A DNA stretch of 64,000 nucleotides, from positions 352,001-416,000 of the forward strand of contig CBDBFU010000012.1 in NCBI GenBank assembly GCA_965205025.1, written 5' to 3'. The DNA is from Candidatus Poribacteria bacterium. GTDB taxonomy: Bacteria > Poribacteria > WGA-4E > WGA-3G. Under the pieces are notes generated by a model, which did not search any database, had not been told where the DNA came from, and worked only from the letters and a program-made list of their open reading frames with translations. The position numbers were made by a program, and so were the translations under genes. This document shows positions 10,247-20,575 of the stretch, in pieces (positions within the stretch are counted from its first letter, which is position 1; every line of letters begins with the position of its first letter).

Positions 10247-12151
10247 CTAACTTATATCTTTAGGCATAGGTTTAAATTGACAACCCTCAACAAATACCTC
10301 AAAAAAGTCTGGAGTTGTTTCAAGTTCAATATGCTCTATGTTTTTGACTAGTGCCTCTATTTCTTGACGTTTTTCCTTAGAAAGCAACACTGATTTTGCA
10401 CCTGCTAAGGCAGCATTACCAATTTTTTCTATACGTTTTTCAGGAATTGGTGCCAGAAACCCGATATCAATTGCCTCACCAGAATTTACATAATTTGCGA
10501 ATCCACCAGCTAAATACAGTCTGCTGATTTCATTTGGGGATACACCGAAATGTCTTAATACGATATACTGACCACAATAATTCGCAGCCTTAGCTTGTGC
10601 TAAATTACTTGCATCCTCGCGTGAGAAAGTTATCCCATATTCAGGTAAAATAGGTAATATCTTTTGTTTTTTATCGGCAAAGACACCTTTTGGATTCATC
10701 TGATTTGTACGTATCAACTCAGCCAGTAATGAAATTAATCCTGACCCACAAAATCCTTCAGGTTTTTCATCATCTATTGTACGAAAATCAATTTCACCAT
10801 TATTCAATCTAATTGATTCGATAGCTCCAGGATAGGCTGGCATACCATATTCTATGCCACCACCCTCAAATGCAGGACCTGCTGGACACGAGGCTGCAAC
10901 CATTTGGTCTTTATTACCAACAATAACTTCCGTATTTGTTCCTACATCTACTAACATGACAATATCATCTTGATTTTGCATATCTATTGCAATCAGATCT
11001 GCTGCTACATCAGCTCCAACGTGACTCGCTATTAAGGGTAAACTATAAACCATTGCCTTCGGATTAGATCTAATCCCAAGACGACGGGATTTTTCTGTTA
11101 GTGAAGTACTCATACGTAACCCATCATTAAGCTCATGTTCAATTACGGATTTGTATGGTTTTTGACCTATACTCTGAACATCATGTCTAAAGAAGATATC
11201 TCTCATTGTAGTATTGCCAGCAACCACAATTTCATAGATCTCTTGTCGAACAATATCTAATCTCTCACACATCTCCATAATTTCACTATTTAATGCAGCC
11301 AATAAAGATTTTCTCAATTCCCCTTCAAACTCTGCATCGTATGAAATACGGTGCATTATGTCACTACCACCAAAACGTTGTGGATTTTCAAATGAACTCA
11401 CAGTAACGGTCTTACCATTTTCTAAATCAACAAGATTAGCCACGACAGTTGTTGTACCAATATCTATAGCTAAACCATAGATATGTCCTCGAAATTTATC
11501 TATGGGTTCATTTTTATAATATACTATCCCATCTTGTTGGGTAACAAATGGATTGATGTGTTCTAATTTATCTTGTTCTGATGTAGTTTGGGTAAGTATT
11601 CGGGGAGAACGACGTAGTGGTGCAAATTCTATATCTTGATCAACATCAAGAACAACAGATTGGCATGCTAAACGATAGTCTTCTCTAAGGAAGGCTTCCG
11701 CCTCGTTAGGAGGTCGCAAACTATCCATACCACTTTTAATTTCCACGATACATTCATGACATTGTCCTGTACGGAAGCAGGATGTAGGAACTTGAATTGC
11801 CAAATCATCGGCATAATCGAAGACAGTTTTTCCTGGTGTTAGTTGATAAACCCTTCCGTCGCAGGAAATAGTAGCGTTAGTCTTCCCGATTAAAGTTCCT
11901 GTGGTTGGAGATTCATCTGTTTCCCATGCTGTACGGTAGTCTAATTTATCGTCACCAACACATTTTAACCCTGTACCTTCATCAATCTTACGTTGATTTC
12001 GACATCCAAATTTAGCAGTACAATGGTCATTTCTATTCTTGTATGGACAACGATATGTCGCTTGTTCATCGGCATGAACTACAAGCTCTTCAAAGATCTC
12101 AGTGATTTTGTTGAGTCGTTTTTCATACTCTTTTTTATTAACTTTTTTCAT
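10247..12151 (-). CDS. ASKHA-type reductive activator of corrinoid protein (RACE/RamA-like, DUF4445) with 2Fe-2S domain
   Basis: 2Fe-2S motif 'CFRTGQCHEC...RLACQ'; 'DIGTTT', 'GNTTM', 'DVGTNTE', 'CPAGPAFEG', 'CGSG' and 'AGGFAN'. Confidence 0.9.
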   Translation of the reverse strand: MKKVNKKEYEKRLNKITEIFEELVVHADEQATYRCPYKNRNDHCTAKFGCRNQRKIDEGTGLKCVGDDKLDYRTAWETDESPTTGTLIGKTNATISCDGRVYQLTPGKTVFDYADDLAIQVPTSCFRTGQCHECIVEIKSGMDSLRPPNEAEAFLREDYRLACQSVVLDVDQDIEFAPLRRSPRILTQTTSEQDKLEHINPFVTQQDGIVYYKNEPIDKFRGHIYGLAIDIGTTTVVANLVDLENGKTVTVSSFENPQRFGGSDIMHRISYDAEFEGELRKSLLAALNSEIMEMCERLDIVRQEIYEIVVAGNTTMRDIFFRHDVQSIGQKPYKSVIEHELNDGLRMSTSLTEKSRRLGIRSNPKAMVYSLPLIASHVGADVAADLIAIDMQNQDDIVMLVDVGTNTEVIVGNKDQMVAASCPAGPAFEGGGIEYGMPAYPGAIESIRLNNGEIDFRTIDDEKPEGFCGSGLISLLAELIRTNQMNPKGVFADKKQKILPILPEYGITFSREDASNLAQAKAANYCGQYIVLRHFGVSPNEISRLYLAGGFANYVNSGEAIDIGFLAPIPEKRIEKIGNAALAGAKSVLLSKEKRQEIEALVKNIEHIELETTPDFFEVFVEGCQFKPMPKDIS

Positions 12152-12167
12152 ATACTAAAGTAGGAAA

Positions 12168-12927
12168 CTACCAGTCATCATCTGTTTCTTGAAGAAATTC
12201 TTTTGCTAAAGCAACACATTCTAATGCATCTTTACCATAACCATCAGCACCCATGTCATCAGCGAATGTCTGTGTTACTGGTGCCCCACCAACCATGATC
12301 TTTACCTCTTCGCGTAAATCCTCATCAATAAATGCATCAATAGTCTTCCCCATGTTTGGCATGGTTGTTGTTAGCAATGCAGACATTCCTAATATGGGTG
12401 CTTCAAATTCCTCAACTGCATCCAAAAATTCATCTTCAGATGTATCCACTCCCAAATCATGAACCACGAATCCTGCTCCTCTTAGCATCATAATACACAG
12501 GTTTTTACCAATATCATGTAAATCCCCTTTCACTGTTCCCATTATAACAGTGCCTATAGGGTCTATCCCAGAATCTGATAGAATTGGTTCAATGTGGTTC
12601 ATTCCAGCCTTCATTGCGCGTGCACAGGCAAGAACTTCAGGAACAAATATAAAATTCTCTCTGAATTTTATACCAACGATACCCATACCTAAGATAAGAC
12701 CATCATCCATTACCTCCAGTGCTTCAATTCCCTCATCAAGTGCTTGTTCTGTTAACTCGTCAACAGAATGATGATCACCATCTATCAATGCAGCTGCAAT
12801 ATTCTGCATCTTGGACGAAGCAGCTAAAAACATATCCACAAATCTATCTTTTTTCTTCAGGTCGCTCAAGATATTCTTCAATTTCCTCTCGAATAAATTC
12901 ATTCGAGATATCACTTATTGATCCCAC
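12168..12927 (-). CDS. Corrinoid (B12-binding) protein, MtbC/MetH cap plus B12 domain; probable +1 indel near the 5' end
   Basis: 'GTVKGDLHDIGKN', 'SALLTTT' and 'VGGAP'. AAGGAGG at 12940-12946 precedes GTG at 12927 (MGSISDISNEFIREEIEE...); this frame joins the main ORF if one base of the T6 run at 12849-12854 is removed. Confidence 0.88.
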
Positions 12928-13041
12928 AGGTTTGGTGTACCTCCTTGAAGATATAGGATAACATACACATGATAAAATGGCAATGAAATTGAATTACAAA
13001 TGGACCATAGTGTATGTGAATTAGGAGGACATTAACAGTTT

Positions 13042-13638
13042 CTAATTCTGTATTACCATCGCAATTGCTGCTTCACGATAAAGTTGGATCTGTTCCATAT
13101 TTCGAGGAACAGCCACTTGGAGGGATTTACGTTTTCTATTAAGATCTTTAATCACTATTGGAGCCCGTAATATATTTGTCAAAGTCACAATACCGGATTC
13201 ATAATATACCCATATTCTATGTTCGGTATATGGATTAAGAACATAGGATGAAGTAATATTTTCAGATTTACCGACAATCTCAGAATATGAATCATATTTA
13301 GGTAGAACTAATTCGACTGTTTTATCATATCCTTCTAAAAAAATCTGTTCAGGAGGCATTTTTGGGGTATACCCACTTAATTTACATCTATGTATTTGAA
13401 TTGGGGAACTCGACTTATTTGTCAGTTGAAGAGATATTATGATTGCCAGTTTGTTATTGTCATCCCGATTGATAAACCATGTATCATCCTTAATTAATTC
13501 CACTGTCAGACCTGGTATTTGTTTCCATCTATAGTATAGGTATAATAAAGCTATTACACATCCTAAGCTAAGTATAAACCAATTTCCATTTGTGGATACC
13601 AGGAAATTTAGGATTTCTTTAATAGTCTGTTGTAACAC
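13042..13638 (-). CDS. Hypothetical protein with N-terminal TM anchor
   Basis: ORF overlapping the end of tsaC; one hydrophobic helix followed by a beta-rich domain. Confidence 0.65.
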   Translation of the reverse strand: MLQQTIKEILNFLVSTNGNWFILSLGCVIALLYLYYRWKQIPGLTVELIKDDTWFINRDDNNKLAIIISLQLTNKSSSPIQIHRCKLSGYTPKMPPEQIFLEGYDKTVELVLPKYDSYSEIVGKSENITSSYVLNPYTEHRIWVYYESGIVTLTNILRAPIVIKDLNRKRKSLQVAVPRNMEQIQLYREAAIAMVIQN

Positions 13639-14231
13639 GCTAATTCCATATTGAGTGTCTCTTCTGATATAATACCTTCACGACGTATCACTGGAGGAGA
13701 AATGGAGATATCGTATACTGTGGATGGTATAGGTCCAGGAGTCATACCATCATCAACAATATAATCCAGTTTATTGCTTAGTTCAAAACCAAAATCCTGT
13801 GGTGAGGTGGATGCAGGTTCTCCAGATAAATTTGCACTTGTAATAGCTATTGGAGCACCGAATTCATTGAGTATTTTTAGTAAGAGTATATGATTTGGGA
13901 TTCGTAATCCTACAGTATTCCGACCAGCAGTTAGTTGGGGTAATAGGTCCTTTGATTTAACAATTATTGTTAAGCCACCTGGCCAATATTTTTTTGTAAG
14001 ATGGTAGAAGTAACCAGGGATATTCTTTGCAACTTTATTAACATCATCAACTGACCCAAGTATTAAAGGTATTGGTTTTTCTTCTGGTCTACCTTTTATG
14101 GTATATAACTTCTGGATTGCATCAGCATTAGATGCATCTGCACCTAAACCATAGACAGTATCCGTAGGAATTGCAATGATACCACCAGTTCTTAAAGTGG
14201 ATACTGCCATTTGAATCCGTAAGTCAGACAT
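13608..14231 (-). CDS. tsaC: Threonylcarbamoyl-AMP synthase (TsaC/Sua5/YrdC)
   Basis: 'PTDTVYGL', 'KGRP', 'WPGGLT' and 'TSANLSG'. Confidence 0.93.
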   Translation of the reverse strand: MSDLRIQMAVSTLRTGGIIAIPTDTVYGLGADASNADAIQKLYTIKGRPEEKPIPLILGSVDDVNKVAKNIPGYFYHLTKKYWPGGLTIIVKSKDLLPQLTAGRNTVGLRIPNHILLLKILNEFGAPIAITSANLSGEPASTSPQDFGFELSNKLDYIVDDGMTPGPIPSTVYDISISPPVIRREGIISEETLNMELACYNRLLKKS

Positions 14232-14245
14232 AACTGTTTTGCCTT

Positions 14246-15265
14246 TTACACATCAACTAAAGCCCCATTGGCAGCAGCGTTAAGAGATAGTTTATCTTGC
14301 AGTCCTTGTTTGTGTTTTTCAAAGGCAATACCGGCAATCATAGCCCCATTATCTGTACACAATCTTATTGGTGGATAGTAGACTTTAACATCAATTTCAT
14401 CTGCAGCTGAAGTGAGTGAAGAACGCAATTGACTGTTAGCGGCAACACCACCAGTTAATGTAATTGATAAGACACTTGTTTCATTTGCGGCTTGAATAGT
14501 CTTTGCTACAAGTACATCAACTACTGCTGCTTGAAAACTTGCAGCGATATCTTTGATTATTATATCATCAATATCAGTTCCATTACTCTTTGCTTTTTCA
14601 ATAAAATATCGAACAGAGGTCTTAATTCCACTAAAACTGAACTGTGCATTCCCACTACGTAACATTGGTCGAGGAAAGTCAATTGCAGTTGGATTGCCTT
14701 CTTGAGCAAGTTCATCTATTATCCTACCCCCAGGGAAACCGAGTCCAAGATATTTAGCGACTTTATCGTAAACTTCTCCAGCTGCATCATCCTGTGTTGT
14801 ACCTATAACCCTATATTTCCACCCTTCATATACCTCTACAAGTAATGTATGTCCACCAGAGACAGTCAAACAGATATGTGGAAAAGTTATGGTTTCATGA
14901 ACCATATAATTCGCATAAATGTGTCCTTCAATATGATTTATTCCAAGTAAAGGAAGATTGTGTGAGTAAGCGAGGCTTTTTGCAGCAGCAACCCCTACAA
15001 GTAATGCCCCGATCAATCCTGGACGATTTGTAACCGCTATTGCATCTAAATCGTCAAAAGTAAGATTAGCATCATCTAAAGATCTGTTGACAATATAGTT
15101 GATTGCTTCAATGTGTTTACGCGATGCCAATTCTGGAACAACACCACCATATTCTTGATGATCTTTGATCTGAGAAGCAATAACATTTGATAAGACTTCA
15201 CGGCCATTTTCAACCACTGCAACTGCTGTTTCATCACAAGATGTATCAATTCCAAGTATTTTCAT
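14246..15265 (-). CDS. tsaD: tRNA N6-threonylcarbamoyltransferase TsaD
   Basis: 'GIDTSCDET', 'GGVVPELASRKH', 'HIEGH', 'SGGHT' and 'TDNGAMI'. Confidence 0.97.
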   Translation of the reverse strand: MKILGIDTSCDETAVAVVENGREVLSNVIASQIKDHQEYGGVVPELASRKHIEAINYIVNRSLDDANLTFDDLDAIAVTNRPGLIGALLVGVAAAKSLAYSHNLPLLGINHIEGHIYANYMVHETITFPHICLTVSGGHTLLVEVYEGWKYRVIGTTQDDAAGEVYDKVAKYLGLGFPGGRIIDELAQEGNPTAIDFPRPMLRSGNAQFSFSGIKTSVRYFIEKAKSNGTDIDDIIIKDIAASFQAAVVDVLVAKTIQAANETSVLSITLTGGVAANSQLRSSLTSAADEIDVKVYYPPIRLCTDNGAMIAGIAFEKHKQGLQDKLSLNAAANGALVDV

Positions 15266-15300
15266 AGTTAATCTCTATCTGTAAACTTGAAAATTAAGAT

Positions 15301-15347
15301 GTCAAATATATTAGGTACGGTTACATACCGTACCTAATATATTTGAC
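15301..15347. terminator. Perfect 21-bp stem hairpin downstream of the BCCT gene
   Basis: GTCAAATATATTAGGTACGGT, loop TACAT, ACCGTACCTAATATATTTGAC. Confidence 0.6.
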
Positions 15348-15431
15348 CATAATTACTGTTCATCATAAAGAAGTAGAACCGTATTTAACTGCTGTTGGAA
15401 CATTTCCAACTTACAGGTAAGAGAATTGAGA

Positions 15432-17075
15432 TTAAAAATCTCTTTCTTCACTCCTTAAATTCTTCAATTCTTGATTTAACCCATACAAGACACATCCCCC
15501 CATACCTAACAGGACAATTGAAAATGGGAAGCCAGTTACAAGTGATGCTGCTTGTAAAGCTGTTAAACCACCACCCAGTAATAGTGAGATAGCAACTAAC
15601 CCTTCAGCTGTACACCAAAATACGCGTTGTGGTATTGGGGCATCAACCTTCCCACCTGCAGCCATGATATCAATTATTAGTGATCCAGAATCGGAAGAGG
15701 TGACAAAAAAGATTATGGTTAATAACATACCGCAACAAGATAGCAATGTTGACCAAGGTAATCCTTTAAACATTGCATACAACGCGAGTTCAGGTTTATA
15801 TGCCTCTACTATTTCTGTTACTTCAGTGTACCCTTCTGTGAAGAATTGATGAAGTGCAGTTCCACCAAAAGTACTAAACCAAATCAAACATAATAATGTC
15901 GGCAAAAGGAGAACAAAGATAACGAATTGACGAACAGTACGTCCTTTTGAGATTCTTGCGATGAATGTACCAATGAAGGGTGCCCATGCAATCCACCATG
16001 CCCAGTAGAATGTAGTCCATCCATGTAGGAAACCAGTATCCTCACGACCAATCCAGTTACTCAGTGGAACAATCTTCATCATATAAGTTCCAAGACTTGT
16101 GAAGATACTACTGAAAATATAACTTGTTGGACCAAGTATGAATACTACTGATAATAAAATAAAAGCAAGTATTATGTTAAACTGACTCAACCTTTTGATT
16201 CCTATATTTATACCTGTCATCACGGACACAAGCGCGATAGATGTTATCACTATAATTAATAGGACCATCGAAAGAGTATTTGCAGGAATATCAAATAGGT
16301 AGTTAAGTCCAGAGGTTACTTGTTGTACTCCCAAACCAAGAGAGGTAGCAAGACCGAAAATACCAGCAAATATGGCGAATGTATCAATGACATGTCCTAT
16401 CCAACCCCATATACGATCACCAAATATTGGATAAAACGCAGATCGAATTAGGAGTGGTAATCCTCGGTTATAGGCATAAAACCCTAATGCCAATCCTACC
16501 ACACCATAAATTGCCCAACCTTGTAGTCCCCAGTGAAAAACTGTTGCAGCTAAACCCAATGAACTTGCTTTTTGTACGATTGGATCTGTGATATCAGGTA
16601 CATTTTCAGCATTATAGATAGTATCTGTGTCATAGACAGTACTTTCACCGAGTGGTGGACTCTGATAGTAGGTGACAGGTTCTAAAACACCAAAAAATAG
16701 AAGACCAATTCCTATTCCTGCTGCAAAAAGCATAGCCAACCAAGTTATGTTAGAATACTCAGGTTTTGCATCTTTTCCACCTAACCTAATTTTACCGAGG
16801 GGGGATATGGCAACAAACAAACAGAAAAGAAATACAATATTCGCAGTTCCCATAAACAACCAGTCAAGGTTGGTCGTTAACCATTTTCTTAAATTCCCAA
16901 ATAATGTGGTTGCTTGTTCTTGAAAGATCAGTGAAAAAACGATAAAAAAGACTATAGTGATACTTGAAATTACAAACACAGGTGTAAGGTAGATCTCTAA
17001 TCCGAATAATTTCTTGTACCTGCCTTCATCAATTTGATGTGGCATCTGCTGAGGTTGTTTTTCTTCTTCGTTCAT
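15432..17075 (-). CDS. BCCT family betaine/choline/carnitine transporter
   Basis: BCCT signature 'GWTTFYWAWWIAWAPFIGTFIARISKGRT'; also 'MLFAAGIGIGL', 'HWGLQGW' and 'TSSDSG'. Confidence 0.95.
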   Translation of the reverse strand: MNEEEKQPQQMPHQIDEGRYKKLFGLEIYLTPVFVISSITIVFFIVFSLIFQEQATTLFGNLRKWLTTNLDWLFMGTANIVFLFCLFVAISPLGKIRLGGKDAKPEYSNITWLAMLFAAGIGIGLLFFGVLEPVTYYQSPPLGESTVYDTDTIYNAENVPDITDPIVQKASSLGLAATVFHWGLQGWAIYGVVGLALGFYAYNRGLPLLIRSAFYPIFGDRIWGWIGHVIDTFAIFAGIFGLATSLGLGVQQVTSGLNYLFDIPANTLSMVLLIIVITSIALVSVMTGINIGIKRLSQFNIILAFILLSVVFILGPTSYIFSSIFTSLGTYMMKIVPLSNWIGREDTGFLHGWTTFYWAWWIAWAPFIGTFIARISKGRTVRQFVIFVLLLPTLLCLIWFSTFGGTALHQFFTEGYTEVTEIVEAYKPELALYAMFKGLPWSTLLSCCGMLLTIIFFVTSSDSGSLIIDIMAAGGKVDAPIPQRVFWCTAEGLVAISLLLGGGLTALQAASLVTGFPFSIVLLGMGGCVLYGLNQELKNLRSEERDF

Positions 17076-17144
17076 TATAAAATTCTCCTTTTAAAACTGA
17101 AGGTATCCGTAATGAGGATATATAAATATAGATAGGAAAAAGAT

Positions 17145-18365
17145 TTAGAAATAATATCCAAAATTAAAATTTAGACGCCAATGCCAACTGTTATTTCCAT
17201 TGGCACCAACATGATTTACGCCAGTAAGAATATTATTGTAATCATCGTCTGTATTCCCAACGAAGAAGTTTCCATCTGTAAGACCAAAATCACTATAAAC
17301 ATACAAAGCACTGAATAACGTCCAACTTGCACCAAGAGTTATTAGTGTACTGTTATTATAATCCTCAACAGTCTTTAGGATAGTACTCCCTTCAATATAA
17401 GGTGTAACACTATCAATCCATGAAATACTTGAGGTATCTATACCACCATATCGTAAGGATAATGCAGGTATCAATCCAGTAGATGCAACAGGCCAAGCAA
17501 AATCGTATGCCCCCATAGGTATTAGATCACCTGTATTCCATGGAGTTTCATCAGAGATATTATGTGTATAAAATGAAAATTGAGAAAAGAGTGTAAAGTC
17601 AAAGAAGGTATTTTTCATATGTCCAGATACAGCATAGTGATTACCACTATCATCCTCTCCTACATCTTCTCCAATCAACATTCCGTATTGAAGAGATAAA
17701 CCTATATCTCCGATTTGATCAATACTATAGATTGTACGTAGGTTAATTTGATGTCTTTCATCATATCCATTTTCACCGACACCCCATTCAACCTTTCCAT
17801 TACTATCAGCTTTTTCTTTCCATTTAACTATGTCATAACCATATCGTGAACTATTAAGGCTATCACCATCCGTCTGGAATTCACTACCATAAAAGTAACC
17901 TAAATCCAAGCTTAACTTTTCAAAAGTATTACTCCATCTGATTCCTATATCCGGATCATCAGCAAGACCAACATAAAAGTGTTGATCGAAAAACCAACTT
18001 GTTGACACACCATATGCAGTTGGACCAAAAGGAACTCTAACAATTCCTGCCTTCAGTGTTCCTAATTTGTCCAAATTATACCCTAACCATGCAGTGTGAA
18101 AAAAACTATACTTATCATACCATCGGTATTCAATTCTACTAATTATATTGTGATAGTCAAGATCAGAATTTAACCTAAATAATTCAAGATCCACATCTCC
18201 GATTTTCTCTCCTCTGCGATGTGGATTATCTTCATCACCGTATGTACCGTATACGTAATTGACACGCATTGCCCCACCAATCTTTATAGGACTTTTTTCA
18301 GATTCAGTTTCAGCACTAATAGGTATAACTACAAATAATAAAAAGCAAAAGATTATAATTCGCAT
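17145..18365 (-). CDS. Outer-membrane beta-barrel porin upstream of and co-oriented with BCCT
   Basis: Signal peptide from MRIIIFC, alternating beta strands, and C-terminal 'RLNFNFGYYF' BAM signal. Confidence 0.75.
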   Translation of the reverse strand: MRIIIFCFLLFVVIPISAETESEKSPIKIGGAMRVNYVYGTYGDEDNPHRRGEKIGDVDLELFRLNSDLDYHNIISRIEYRWYDKYSFFHTAWLGYNLDKLGTLKAGIVRVPFGPTAYGVSTSWFFDQHFYVGLADDPDIGIRWSNTFEKLSLDLGYFYGSEFQTDGDSLNSSRYGYDIVKWKEKADSNGKVEWGVGENGYDERHQINLRTIYSIDQIGDIGLSLQYGMLIGEDVGEDDSGNHYAVSGHMKNTFFDFTLFSQFSFYTHNISDETPWNTGDLIPMGAYDFAWPVASTGLIPALSLRYGGIDTSSISWIDSVTPYIEGSTILKTVEDYNNSTLITLGASWTLFSALYVYSDFGLTDGNFFVGNTDDDYNNILTGVNHVGANGNNSWHWRLNFNFGYYF

Positions 18366-18866
18366 ACATATACCAATTCCCCAATTATCTCCCCAATTGA
18401 CATATAAATTATACATATAAATGTACCTCTGTTTTGTAATCTACTATTATGCAATCAACAGTTTTGACATGTATTCATGAGTTTAGTTTATTCAATATGG
18501 TTTCAATTGTTATATAAATAGTTATAAATTATATGAACTTTTACAACTATCTGATATTCGTATTATATCATAACCAAACTATTCAATAAATCATAATTCA
18601 CATAGATCATGTAAAACTGTGCTGTTCATACCAATTATATGTGATAATGTATGATTATATCGAATTGAATAGGTTGAGAGTTATAAACATCAAAAATCTA
18701 AAGAACTTTATCAGAAAGTGCAACTAAAAAAGAATCTCTATCGTTTTATATTTGTTGTAAAACTCACTATATATTCTATTTTTTTGATAATGATGAATAT
18801 ACAATATAATTGATGAAAACAGAATCAAGGGTTTAAGACTATTAATTTTATAAAGGAGTCATTCTT

Positions 18867-19232
18867 ATGGGAAATCCTGTCACCTTTTTTGAAATAGCTG
18901 GAAGAGAGGGTGAGAAGTTAAATGAATTTTACACCACCGTCTTTGGTTGGAAAACAGAAATAAATCCATACGGTGGAACATTTATGATCCAGGCTGATGA
19001 TGGAATTCATGGACATATCTTTCCAGTAAGTGAAGAAATGGGATTTAACAACCATGTAACGTTGTATGTTGAAGTGGATAATTTGCAGACATCACTTGAT
19101 CAAGCAGAGAATTTAGGTGGAAAGACGATGATTCCACCGCAGGTCATTCCTGGAAATAATGGTGCTTTTGCAGTATTTCTTGATCCCAGTGGGAATTATA
19201 TCGGTCTTTATAAACAACCAGATACAAACTAA
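18867..19232 (+). CDS. VOC/glyoxalase family protein 1
   Basis: 'MGNPVTFFEI...FY..VFGW...LYVEVD...FLDPSGNYIGL'; RBS AAGGAG. Confidence 0.9.
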   Translation: MGNPVTFFEIAGREGEKLNEFYTTVFGWKTEINPYGGTFMIQADDGIHGHIFPVSEEMGFNNHVTLYVEVDNLQTSLDQAENLGGKTMIPPQVIPGNNGAFAVFLDPSGNYIGLYKQPDTN

Positions 19233-19337
19233 TTTTTAGAATTACATGCGTGTTTATTATTAAAAGATTTGAAATTATTTAATACAATACACATATTAAT
19301 AATCCACTATAAATAAACTATTGAAGGAGCAACAACT

Positions 19338-19694
19338 ATGCCTAATCCAGTAACAATCTTTGAAATAGCTGGAAAGAAAGAAGACTCACTGCCTGATTTT
19401 TATGGTACATTATTTGAATGGGACATCAATCAAGATGATGACTGTGGAAATGATGTTAACACAGGATCAGAACAAGGTATTAATGGCCATATTGTCCAAA
19501 CCACAGATGAAATGCCTATAACAAATCATGTAACTTTTTACATTCAGGTAGATGATATTCATGAATATGCCAAAAAGGTAGAAAGCCATGGTGGACAAGT
19601 GATTATGGGACCAATGTCAGTTCCTCAAGGAGAGGGTACATTCGCAATGTTCCTTGACCCATGTGGTAATTGTCTCGGTTTATTCCAATCCTAA
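19338..19694 (+). CDS. VOC/glyoxalase family protein 2
   Basis: 'MPNPVTIFEI...FLDPCGNCLGL'; RBS AAGGAG. Confidence 0.9.
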   Translation: MPNPVTIFEIAGKKEDSLPDFYGTLFEWDINQDDDCGNDVNTGSEQGINGHIVQTTDEMPITNHVTFYIQVDDIHEYAKKVESHGGQVIMGPMSVPQGEGTFAMFLDPCGNCLGLFQS

Positions 19695-19729
19695 AGTCAA
19701 TAAACAATTTCCACATCGGAGACAATGAT

Positions 19730-20092
19730 ATGTCCAATCCTGTTCCTCATTTTGAAATAGGTGGAAAAGATATAGATAAGTTAATCACATTTTATAGATC
19801 TGTTTTCGATTGGAAAATCACACAACTCGTTGACGAACTATATATTGCTGACCCACAATCAAAAATTGGAATTGAGGGACATCTATTTGAAATAGGTAGG
19901 AGTGAAGACTTCGATAATATTGTACTTATATATATTACGGTTAATGATATATTCGATACACTAAAAACTGTTGAGAATCTTGGTGGTGAAATACTCATAC
20001 AACCACAAGAGATCCCTGGGAACGCAAGTCACTATGCATTATTTAAGGATATTAGTGGGAATAGTATAGGTTTATTACAACGAAGATTGTAA
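19730..20092 (+). CDS. VOC/glyoxalase family protein 3
   Basis: 'MSNPVPHFEIGG...FKDISGNSIGL'; start set at 19730 after GGAG. Confidence 0.88.
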   Translation: MSNPVPHFEIGGKDIDKLITFYRSVFDWKITQLVDELYIADPQSKIGIEGHLFEIGRSEDFDNIVLIYITVNDIFDTLKTVENLGGEILIQPQEIPGNASHYALFKDISGNSIGLLQRRL

Positions 20093-20154
20093 GGAAATAT
20101 TGTCTATTACAGGTCATTCATCTTTCAAAAATTATAGACATAGGAGATTAGTAA

Positions 20155-20568
20155 ATGGTAAATCCTGTAACAAATTTTGAAATTGTTGGTAATGATCCAA
20201 AAATTTTACACCACTTCTATACTACAGTGTTTAAATGGAAAATAAATGAGTATGAGGAAGGATATTATTGGTTTGAAACCGGTTCAGAATCCGATAATGG
20301 AATAGAAGGACATATCTATCCACCTAACGATGAAATCCCACTGGAGGAAGGTGTTGAATTTGCCAACAATATTACAATCTATGTAACTGTAACGGATATA
20401 AGTTCAACTATGAAACAGGTACAAAGTTTAGGTGGTACAATACTCATGAAACCAGTAGTTGTTTCAGATAAAGGACAACAAATTGCCATGTTTCTTGATC
20501 CCAGTGGAAATCGGATAGGTCTATATCAAGAAGGTAACGATAATCAAAATACATTACATAATAGGTGA
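20155..20568 (+). CDS. VOC/glyoxalase family protein 4
   Basis: 'MVNPVTNFEI...FLDPSGNRIGL'; RBS AGGAG. Confidence 0.9.
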   Translation: MVNPVTNFEIVGNDPKILHHFYTTVFKWKINEYEEGYYWFETGSESDNGIEGHIYPPNDEIPLEEGVEFANNITIYVTVTDISSTMKQVQSLGGTILMKPVVVSDKGQQIAMFLDPSGNRIGLYQEGNDNQNTLHNR

Positions 20569-20575
20569 AAATGCT

